Of a stretch of 55,864 nucleotides of DNA, positions 18,601-26,818 are shown piece after piece. Below the pieces are notes generated by a model. The model saw only the letters and a list, made by a program, of their open reading frames with translations, did not search any database and was not told where the DNA came from. Within the stretch, counting starts at the first letter, position 1. The number at the start of each line of letters is the position of its first letter. Origin of the DNA: an uncultured Candidatus Saccharibacteria bacterium (GTDB taxonomy: Bacteria; Patescibacteriota; Saccharimonadia; Saccharimonadales; Saccharimonadaceae). The position numbers and the translations under genes are program-made. The DNA is taken from NCBI GenBank assembly GCA_964529615.1, contig CAZGXB010000001.1, positions 1 to 55,864 on the forward strand, in the 5' to 3' direction.

Positions 18601-18781
18601 TATGTGCGGAGCGGGTATATTGATACGGTCTATGGCGCTTTGAGAAGTGCGGCTATGGATATTCTTGGCTGGTCTCAGTTGTGCAGTGCGGATATTTGGT
18701 TTGCCTACTACCTTTCATCTGATAATTCAGTAGTATATCCTTCGGCTAATGGTAGCTATCGTTCTAATGCTTTCCCCGTCC
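18601..18781 (+). repeat. Silent VR-like cassette C2 (3' 63 nt identical to target gene VR at 1-63)
   Basis: YVRSGYIDTVYGALRSAAMDILGWSQ...DNSVVYPSANGSYRSNAFPV. Confidence 0.9.
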
Positions 18782-18818
18782 AGAATTCATACAACCATAG
18801 CCTTTACTTCACTATACC

Positions 18819-18994
18819 TATGTGCGGAACGGAAATGTTGCAATGCAAGAGAAAAGACTACGTGGCGCCGGCTTAGTCGAGTATGCCTGGTCGATAACAG
18901 CGCGATCGGGAGCGGCGTGGGCGCTCTATTTGCGCATTGAGGATACGACTAATCCATCAATGCCGAGCGAACGCTATAATGCTTTCCCCGTCCG
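18819..18994 (+). repeat. Silent VR-like cassette C3
   Basis: YVRNGNVAMQEKRLRGAGLVEYAWS...PSMPSERYNAFPVR. Confidence 0.88.
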
Positions 18995-19104
18995 AAAAGT
19001 CAGCAATTTCGGCAATAAAATGGCTAATAAAGCCCGAAAATCCAAAAAATAACAGAGAGAAAATCAAGTTGAACTTGTAAAGGCTTTACAAGTTGGAGCT
19101 GGGG

Positions 19105-19279
19105 CGGGGAAAGCATAATATCTATCACTAGAACCTAAGACATTGAGACCGGCTCTATCGAAATCGAGGCTGTAAGCAAAATCAAATTCAGGGTGAGAAC
19201 TATAAGTCCATGCATTTCCACCCACGCCAGCAAATCTTAACGTTCCGTAAAATGTGTTAGTATGTCCGCTCCGCACATA
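19105..19279 (-). repeat. Silent VR-like cassette C4
   Basis: YVRSGHTNTFYGTLRFAGVGGNAWT...DRYYAFP. Confidence 0.88.
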
Positions 19280-19407
19280 GTATAGCGAGGTATAGAGATT
19301 GTCTATAGCCTATAAGATTTTTCGCGGGATTTTGGAAAAGTGAGGGATAAAGTGGTTGAAGCCTGGCAAAGTGTGGTATAATGGGGGAAGATAAAGTGAG
19401 GATAAAA

Positions 19408-20709
19408 ATGCCGGAGATTAAGCCAACAGAGGTAGAGAGTTCAGCAAGCATTAAGGTAGTCGGTGTCGGTGGCGCGGGTGGTTCGTCGATTGAGCGAATG
19501 AAAGAAGTCGGATTGTCGGGTGTGGAGTTTGTGGCAGTGAATACGGATGCGCAGGCTTTGCACCACTCGTCTTCGGATGTGAAAGTACACATTGGCCAGG
19601 GTTTGGGGGCTGGTGGCGATCCGGAGAAGGGTCGTGATGCGGCGGAAGATGCGCGTGATACGATTGGCAAGGCGCTAGAAGGCGCGGACATGGTCTTCAT
19701 CACCTTGGGGGCTGGCGGCGGGACAGGCTCGGGTGCGGGACCTATCGTGGCGGAAGAGGCGCGTAATCGTGATATTTTGACCATTGGCGTAGCGACGAAG
19801 CCGTTTACTTTCGAAGGGGCGAAGCGTCGGGATAATGCTGAGCGGGCGATTGACAACCTGTCGCGGCAGGTGGATGCTTTGATTACGATTCCGAATGACC
19901 GCTTGTTGCAGACGATTGACCCGCGGACGCCGCTACTAGAGACATTTAAGATTGCGGATGATGTATTGCGCCAAGGTGTGCAGGGGATTTCTGAGCTGAT
20001 TACGGAACATGCGCTGATTAACTTGGACTTTGCCGACGTGAAGGCTATTATGAAGAATGCCGGTTCGGCTTTGATGGGGATTGGTCGGGCGAGCGGAGAG
20101 AATCGTGCTGTCTTGGCGGCGCAGCAAGCGATTGAATCGCCCTTAATCGAAGTGAAAATTGATGGTGCGAAAGGTGTCTTGTTCTCGATTGCTGGCGGGT
20201 ATGGCATGGCGATGAGTGAGATTCAGGAAGCGGCCGAGGTGATCACGGGGGCAGTGGCGCCGGATGCGAATATTATCTTCGGAGCGAGTATTCGTCCGGA
20301 GTTGGAAGATGAAATGGTAGTGACAGTGGTAGCGACCGGCTTTGACTCGGAATATTACCGGAAGATGGATTTGAACCAACCGATTAGTTCGTATATGTCA
20401 GAGCCGACGCCGGTGCCGGCGATTCCGGTGGAGCCAGCGGTAGATACGAGTGCGGACATAGGGATGAAGGAGCCGGAACCAACGATCAGTTATGGTGGTT
20501 TTGGTGGGGGTATGCGCGGGAATAATGATATGAGTAGTGCAAATGGATCGACAAACATGACGTCGGGCATGACTGCTCAGGGGACGAATGATTTTGCGGC
20601 GGATAACCGGGCGAACATGTGGGACTCAATCCGTACTAATGATAACGAAGATGACTTAGATGTGCCACCGACGCTGAGAGAGCGCCTGCGGGGAAAAGGT
20701 CGGGAGTAG
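19408..20709 (+). CDS. ftsZ: Cell division protein FtsZ
   Basis: VVGVGGAG, NTDAQAL, GGGTGSG tubulin signature, C-terminal LDVPPTLR. Confidence 0.98.
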   Translation: MPEIKPTEVESSASIKVVGVGGAGGSSIERMKEVGLSGVEFVAVNTDAQALHHSSSDVKVHIGQGLGAGGDPEKGRDAAEDARDTIGKALEGADMVFITLGAGGGTGSGAGPIVAEEARNRDILTIGVATKPFTFEGAKRRDNAERAIDNLSRQVDALITIPNDRLLQTIDPRTPLLETFKIADDVLRQGVQGISELITEHALINLDFADVKAIMKNAGSALMGIGRASGENRAVLAAQQAIESPLIEVKIDGAKGVLFSIAGGYGMAMSEIQEAAEVITGAVAPDANIIFGASIRPELEDEMVVTVVATGFDSEYYRKMDLNQPISSYMSEPTPVPAIPVEPAVDTSADIGMKEPEPTISYGGFGGGMRGNNDMSSANGSTNMTSGMTAQGTNDFAADNRANMWDSIRTNDNEDDLDVPPTLRERLRGKGRE

Positions 20710-20713
20710 AGAA

Positions 20714-21178
20714 TTGATGGCTCCGAGAATTGGGGATAGTAAAGTTCTCGAGAGTCGGGAGACTGAGGACGGCACGACAATTCGACGACGGCGATTGGGG
20801 GCAGACGGTCGGAGGTTCACGACTTATGAGCGGATTGAGTTGCCGCAGCTGATCGTAGTGAAGACTAGTGGTAATCGAGAAGTGTTTGACCGGGATAAAC
20901 TAGCGACTTCGGTGAAGCGGAGCGTGGGGAAGTTCATGGGGTCGGATCTCGAGGTCGAGGAAGTGGCGAACCAAGTTGAGAAGTTATTGCGGGCGAAAGG
21001 CGACGAACGTGTGACGTCGGAGCAAGTCGGCAATGCAGTCTTGGACGTCTTGGCGGGGAAGAATGAGGTGGCGTATGTGCGGTTTGCGAGCGTGTTTTTG
21101 AAATTTAGGACGCTGGACGATTTTGAGCAGATTTTGCGTAAACGAAGAGAGAAAAGAGAGGAAAAGAAATGCGAATAG
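20714..21178 (+). CDS. nrdR: Transcriptional repressor NrdR (zinc-ribbon cysteines absent)
   Basis: SKVLESR, IRRRR, RFTTYERIE, ATP cone, VAYVRFASV. Confidence 0.92.
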   Translation: MMAPRIGDSKVLESRETEDGTTIRRRRLGADGRRFTTYERIELPQLIVVKTSGNREVFDRDKLATSVKRSVGKFMGSDLEVEEVANQVEKLLRAKGDERVTSEQVGNAVLDVLAGKNEVAYVRFASVFLKFRTLDDFEQILRKRREKREEKKCE

Positions 21179-21432
21179 TGTGTATTTGGCGGCGCGAAAG
21201 TGATTATGGTCGCGCGACGGAGGAGTGGATTCGGGAGTTTGAGCGGCAAACCGGGCGCGAGATCGAGAATTATGACCCGGATACGATGGAAGGTGAGGCG
21301 CTCTGCCGGACGTATGATGTCGTGGAATATCCGACGGTGATGGTCTTGGGCAATGAGGGTGCGGTGATGGGAACCTGGCGGGGGAAGAATTTGCCACTGT
21401 TTGACGAAGTGAGCTACTGGGCAGGGAAGTAG
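21169..21432 (+). CDS. Small thioredoxin-like-fold hypothetical protein
   Basis: Overlaps nrdR end; YDVVEYPTVMV pattern. Confidence 0.65.
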   Translation: MRIVCIWRRESDYGRATEEWIREFERQTGREIENYDPDTMEGEALCRTYDVVEYPTVMVLGNEGAVMGTWRGKNLPLFDEVSYWAGK

Positions 21433-21472
21433 AAAGCCTCTCCGAAGAGAGGCTGGAAGATGTGAGGAGCTT

Positions 21473-22726
21473 TTAGGCGAAGTTGGGCGCATAGGGGAAG
21501 ATACCGGTTTTTGGTAGGTTGCGCCCGAGAATATGGTCGATGTAGCAGAGCTCACCCTTGAACGCCGGATCGTAAGGTTTCCAGCGTAATCCGTGAAATT
21601 GGATGAGATTGCCGGGCGCGAATAGTTCGGCATCGGAGAGCGTCAGTCCGGCAGATTGATAAGGAATGCTGGAGAAAGTACTGATGTCCGAGGAGACGCT
21701 TTCGATCAGGGCTGGACAGTGGTAGGATTTGCAAATGCGCGTGGTTGCCGAATCATGGGCCAGCGAGTAGGAAATGAGGTCGAAATTCTCGACGAAATCC
21801 TCGTAGGTCTGGCGCGAAAAGACGGTACCATTCGCGGTGATGAGATGATCGGTGCCTTCCTCGCTGAAATTATCGAGGGGACTGACGGGGAGAGGTTGCT
21901 CGACCTGGGGATTGAGCCGGTCGATGACGAAACGCTGCGGCCTAACTTTGAGTGTGATGACCGAATCGTCGCGCACGCGCCGGGTGGTCGGGTCGTAAAA
22001 TTGGCGCATGATTAAAACAACATATAATTCGTCAAGTTCGGTGCTTTCGCGAAGCGTGCTAAACGATTCATATACAGGGGTGTAGAGAATATAATGTGAT
22101 TGACCGTGTAATGTGGCTGTGAGAAGATCGCCGAGGTGATATTTCGGCGGAATATAGTCGTAGGTGGTTGAATCTTCATCAATCCAGTAGTCGACAATCC
22201 CGCGATAAGTCCCGTCGGTGCGCGCCTTGGGGTCGTAGAGCATGTGGAACTTGCAGTAGCGCTGGTCTGGTAGGTGGAAGTCGTAGCTCTGGTGCTCTCG
22301 ATCGACAATTTCGCGCTGGGGGAATTTGAAGAAAAAAGCTTGATCCTGGAAATGGTTGATTTGTGCCGTGACCGAGAAATATTTGGCGCCGGTGGGCGAC
22401 AAACAGGGTTTCTTCGAGAGAATCTCGACAGTACAGCGCAGAGGTGTCGAGCAACAAAATTCACGATACTCGCGCAGAGAAACCAGAAAAAGCTGAAAAC
22501 TGACTGAAGCATAGGAGCCAACGCCGCCGAGGGTTTTCGGGCCGAGAACTTTGCAATAAGCGAAGCACTGCGGCGGAAGCCAGGGGCGATGCTCGGCTTG
22601 CCAAGCCTCTCGAAAAGCCTTACGGGCTGCGAGGCGGGCAATGCGATGATCGGATTCGTGGGTAGCTTTAACCTCGGCCAAGGGAAATACGGTATGAATC
22701 GAGGGTTGAACAGTTTTCGTCGTCAT
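21473..22726 (-). CDS. Hypothetical protein
   Basis: 417-aa ORF with AAGGAG RBS upstream; no recognised motif. Confidence 0.7.
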   Translation of the reverse strand: MTTKTVQPSIHTVFPLAEVKATHESDHRIARLAARKAFREAWQAEHRPWLPPQCFAYCKVLGPKTLGGVGSYASVSFQLFLVSLREYREFCCSTPLRCTVEILSKKPCLSPTGAKYFSVTAQINHFQDQAFFFKFPQREIVDREHQSYDFHLPDQRYCKFHMLYDPKARTDGTYRGIVDYWIDEDSTTYDYIPPKYHLGDLLTATLHGQSHYILYTPVYESFSTLRESTELDELYVVLIMRQFYDPTTRRVRDDSVITLKVRPQRFVIDRLNPQVEQPLPVSPLDNFSEEGTDHLITANGTVFSRQTYEDFVENFDLISYSLAHDSATTRICKSYHCPALIESVSSDISTFSSIPYQSAGLTLSDAELFAPGNLIQFHGLRWKPYDPAFKGELCYIDHILGRNLPKTGIFPYAPNFA

Positions 22727-23082
22727 GCTAAAACTCCTTTCTTAAAGAACAAGTTGATAGGCGGGTGCGAGATGCGTAATCTGGCAACTTTACCCATGCT
22801 GAAATAAGACACAGAGTGTCCTTATCTCTATTGTAGCACAGATTATCGAAAAAGTCAAGGTTTGGGGTGATTTGATTTGACGAAATGAGGGTGAGCTGGT
22901 CTAGCAAATCTTGCAAGGCAAGATAGTCTTTTTCGGCGAAAAGTGGAAATACTGCGAATGGCGGCGATAAGCTCGGCCAGAGGTATGGAAGCGGAGTAGG
23001 GCTCAAGAGGTAAAAAATATCGGGAACCGCTGAGCGGTCGGGGCAAAATCCTCGCTTAATCCCAAAGAAAGGAGAGTCGGAG

Positions 23083-23634
23083 ATGAAAAAGAAATTTTTT
23101 AGTAGCAATGTGAAAGGTATTTATGTTGTAAGTCTGGTGCTGGGCGTAATGTACGCCTTGATTGTGGGGCTGGTGCTAAATGAGTTTTGCTGCGAAGTGG
23201 CGAACTGGGAGATCAGGAGGATGGAGCAGCAGGGAATAGTGCCGCCGGAGTTCGGCGCGGCGGAGGTCTGGTGGATGATGCCGCTGCTGAGGATGGATAA
23301 TCTCCTGCAGATTGGTGATCTTTGCTATCGGATGTGGGTGATTATACCTCTGGCGATTGCGGCCGTGATACTGTCGGTGATGCTGATCGAAGGACGCGGC
23401 GGAGCGGCTTGGCGGACGAAACAGTTGCAGGCGATCTCTGTGGCTTGGGCGATTTTGATGGTTGATCTGGCGTTGAGTTATGCGGATTATGCGGTGAAAT
23501 TTGAGGATTTCATGGGGTGGCTGGCGCTCGTGCCGGTGATTATCTTGATTATTCCGCTGATGATCCTGAAACGAATTCGGGTGTTGCCGAAGGAGTCGCG
23601 GTCAAAGTGGATTCCGGGATTAAGCTTGCCATAA
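23083..23634 (+). CDS. Hypothetical membrane protein (about 4 TM)
   Basis: Hydrophobic segments; AAGGAG RBS. Confidence 0.7.
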   Translation: MKKKFFSSNVKGIYVVSLVLGVMYALIVGLVLNEFCCEVANWEIRRMEQQGIVPPEFGAAEVWWMMPLLRMDNLLQIGDLCYRMWVIIPLAIAAVILSVMLIEGRGGAAWRTKQLQAISVAWAILMVDLALSYADYAVKFEDFMGWLALVPVIILIIPLMILKRIRVLPKESRSKWIPGLSLP

Positions 23635-24052
23635 TGCTACGTAATGGGTCGATCTTAGGTCGGCCTATTTTTTTGTATGGAACTTCTGTTTGGGGTGAAG
23701 TCGGGGTGAACTTGGGGCTGGACTTGGGGTGGACTTGACAATTATAGTAAAGTGTGCTAGAATGGAAGGTGAGGTAAGATTTTCTGGTGATTTGAGTCAA
23801 AATTGGTGGAATTTAAGGCCAAAATGCGATGAAATTAAGTCAGAAAAGCCTCAATTTGAGAATTTGGTCAGACCAAATTAGCCTATTTACAAATAGGCTA
23901 AAGAGGGTTTGCTAGGTTCTGGCAGTTTAAAAAGTTAGTTGCGAAAATGCTTATGAAAATGGCAGATGAGTCGTTGAGGTAAGTTTTTTGGAGCTGATGC
24001 AGCAATTAAATTGTCGGAACTTGAAAAATGGAAGAAGAAAGGGAGGGTTTCT

Positions 24053-26446
24053 ATGAGAAAAAGGCGGTATAAACCATATGTGTATCAGGAGGAATGTTTG
24101 AAAAAAATCGCGGAAGCGAGAGAGGCGGGCGAAGTGCGAGCGCTGGTCGTGATGGCGAGTAGCTTGGGAAAGACCTTGACTTCGGCTTTTGAGGTGGAGA
24201 GATTCTTCGCGGGACAGAGGTTTGGGCGAGTCTTGATCCTGTGTCATTCCGAAGAGATTTTGGAGCAAACCAAGGAGAAGTTTAAGTCGTATTTTGGCGA
24301 AGAGAAGAGCTATGGAATGTTCACGAGCAGCCATAAAACGACGGATGTGACAAATTTCTTGTTTGCGACTTTCCAGACGATGAAAATACATCGAAAAGAG
24401 TTCCAACGGGACGCTTTTGATTATATTATCGTTGACGAGGCACATCATTCCTGCGCGGTGACATATTTTCCGACGATTCGGTATTTCAAGCCGAAATTCT
24501 TGCTCGGGTTGACGGCGACGCCGGATCGACTGGACGGGCAGGACATCGCGGAAATTTATGGTGAGCCGGTGTATGAGTTGGGATTCGTCGAGGCAAATAA
24601 TCGGGAGTTGATGACGAAATGTGAATATCGGATGCTCTTGGACGATTTGCTGAAGGACGAGCTCGAATTATGCGTGAGCAGCGAGGAAAAGTTGTCGATC
24701 GCACAACTCAATCGGACGCTATTTGCACCGAGACGGGACGAGGAAATCGTGCGGATTATCCAGCGCGAAATGGCGAGTTTGGATGATCCGAAGACAATGA
24801 TTTTCTGTCGGTCGATCAAACATGCGCAAAAGATTGCGAGGTTGTTGGGGGACGACACGGCACTGGTGCATAATGGTCAGGGCAGCACGGCGAATACGCT
24901 GGCGCTGAACGCGTTTCGGGAGGGAAAATTGCGGACGGTCGTGTCGGTGCAGATGCTGAATGAAGGCGTGGATGTGCCGGACGCGAATATGGTGGTTTTC
25001 CTGCGGAATACGGTGTCGCCGACGATTTTTTACCAACAGCTGGGACGCGGAACGCGCCTGGCGGAAGGTAAGGAAAAGACGGTGGTGCTGGATTTTGTGG
25101 CGAATTGCGAAAGGGTTAAGATGATCCTGGAGTTGCAGAAGGAAATTGAAGGCTTTCGGACGCAGAAGCCGCGGGACGAGCCTGTGACGTCAAAGCCAGG
25201 CGAGGAGAAGCCAAATTTCACGCTCGATATTGCAACGCCAGAATTTGAAGCCAGAATGGTGGATATTGTGGAGTTGATTGAAAGAGCAAGCAGGGGGCGA
25301 GAGTGGACGAAGGAAGAGATAATTCTGGCGCTACAGAAGCTTGCTGAGGAGTTGGGGAGGACGCCGCGTGCTAGCGATTTAGATAATCGAAGTGATATGC
25401 CTGGTCGCGGAACAACTATAAGATACTTCGGTAGTTTTAATAATGCGCTAATTGCGGCTGGGCTTGATGTGTGGAAGCCAGGACTATCGAAAGAGAAAGC
25501 TATTGAGTTAGTTATGACTAAGTCAGTGAACGGGATTATGCCTCCTAGAGTAGTTTTTGATAACGATCCGATGATGCCGTGGGGTCGTGCTATTATACGA
25601 GCGCTAGAGGTGGATACGTGGGCTGACTGTGCTGAAGTTGTTGGCCTAATAGTGGCTGATGCAACTGGATTAAAGCTAAATGAAAAACAACGGGAGGAGT
25701 TGATGCTGCGGCATCTGGGATTTTATTATGATGAAAGTATTATAGCCGGACATTGGCTTACAGTTGCGGAAATAAATGCTAATCCTAAGTTAAAAAGCCA
25801 CGCTTTTTATAGCTCATATTTTGGGTCAATGTTTAACATTCGAAATAAAGCGTTTATGCTATTTTGCAGTTCGAAAGAAGAGGAAGCGATTTTGACGCGT
25901 AATGGAAAAACCGTTACCTATAATAGGCCTCGTAGAACTTCTACTGGAATTAGTAAACAATATATTGTTGATGGGGTTGTACGTTTAACCAAGGAGTTGA
26001 GGCGTAAACCTGTGATAGCCGATATAGAAGCATGTGATTATTTGCCTACTTATTCTTCTGTACGAACGGGAGTGGGTGGTTTAACTAAATTGAGTGAAGT
26101 TTGTCGACTCGATGAAGTTTTGGAATCGATGGGGTTGAATACTGAAACGGAACCTAAGCGATGTAAACCGCGGAAAAATCGTGAGGAGATGACAGTATTT
26201 GTAGCATATACGGACGGGTCCTTTGAGTTAAAAGACGATCAGAAGAGAAAAATGCAAGAGTTTGTACGGAGAAATGGACGCAGGATAAAGAAGCGTGATT
26301 TATGCCGGAAAAATGGATTACCAAGTGACAGCATATTTAGACATTATCATCTCAGTATGGGTGATGTAAACAGAATGATCGGTGTGGACGAAATTTTGGC
26401 GGAACTCGCAAAGGAGCAAGAACAAAAGCAAAAGGCAACTGACTAA
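24053..26446 (+). CDS. Superfamily 2 (ResIII/DEAH) helicase with C-terminal homing-endonuclease-associated-like repeats
   Basis: SSLGKT, DEAHH, GLTATPDRLD, LNEGVDVP, QQLGRGTR; then WTKEEIILALQKLAEELGRTP...YFGSFNNALIAAGL-type repeats. Confidence 0.85.
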   Translation: MRKRRYKPYVYQEECLKKIAEAREAGEVRALVVMASSLGKTLTSAFEVERFFAGQRFGRVLILCHSEEILEQTKEKFKSYFGEEKSYGMFTSSHKTTDVTNFLFATFQTMKIHRKEFQRDAFDYIIVDEAHHSCAVTYFPTIRYFKPKFLLGLTATPDRLDGQDIAEIYGEPVYELGFVEANNRELMTKCEYRMLLDDLLKDELELCVSSEEKLSIAQLNRTLFAPRRDEEIVRIIQREMASLDDPKTMIFCRSIKHAQKIARLLGDDTALVHNGQGSTANTLALNAFREGKLRTVVSVQMLNEGVDVPDANMVVFLRNTVSPTIFYQQLGRGTRLAEGKEKTVVLDFVANCERVKMILELQKEIEGFRTQKPRDEPVTSKPGEEKPNFTLDIATPEFEARMVDIVELIERASRGREWTKEEIILALQKLAEELGRTPRASDLDNRSDMPGRGTTIRYFGSFNNALIAAGLDVWKPGLSKEKAIELVMTKSVNGIMPPRVVFDNDPMMPWGRAIIRALEVDTWADCAEVVGLIVADATGLKLNEKQREELMLRHLGFYYDESIIAGHWLTVAEINANPKLKSHAFYSSYFGSMFNIRNKAFMLFCSSKEEEAILTRNGKTVTYNRPRRTSTGISKQYIVDGVVRLTKELRRKPVIADIEACDYLPTYSSVRTGVGGLTKLSEVCRLDEVLESMGLNTETEPKRCKPRKNREEMTVFVAYTDGSFELKDDQKRKMQEFVRRNGRRIKKRDLCRKNGLPSDSIFRHYHLSMGDVNRMIGVDEILAELAKEQEQKQKATD

Positions 26447-26510
26447 AAATTTCCCTCGCGTTTTAGGACGCGGGGGATTTTTTATTTTGGTAAATGTGGT
26501 ATAATGAGAT

Positions 26511-26760
26511 TAGAAAAGCGTTTGAGCGGAGATCGACCGCGAGCTGGCAAAAGAACGAATCCCACTGAGATTTTAGTAGAATTGTCCGTGAATCTGCGTG
26601 AAAGATAAAAGTAAGTGTCCAGAAGGAATATTGCGGGGTGTTGTGAAAATTACAACTTTTTTTGCAGATTCTTGAGAGGAAAGTTAGATGGTACCGCCCG
26701 CTAGGGTTCTAACGTTCGTAATTAGTGAAGGCTGATTGCGCGATAGAACTTTAGCGATTT
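26511..26760 (+). promoter_or_regulatory. Probable T-box leader of ileS
   Basis: AAGTTAGATGGTACCGC at 26681-26697 resembles the T-box consensus, followed by CGCTAGGGTTCTA...TAGAACTTTAGCG stem; long leader after TGGTATAAT. Confidence 0.55.
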
Positions 26761-26818
26761 TTGTTTGGACAAAGGAGTCGCGTGAGAAATTGGGGTTAGT
26801 TAAAATAAAGGAGATAAG

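Noticed and set aside
18125-19276. ORF-track small ORFs starting MRSG/MRNG as independent genes
   Set aside because: The start is the Val GTG of YVRSG, there is no RBS, and the C-terminal tails past FPV are unrelated read-through; better explained as cassettes, though expression is not excluded
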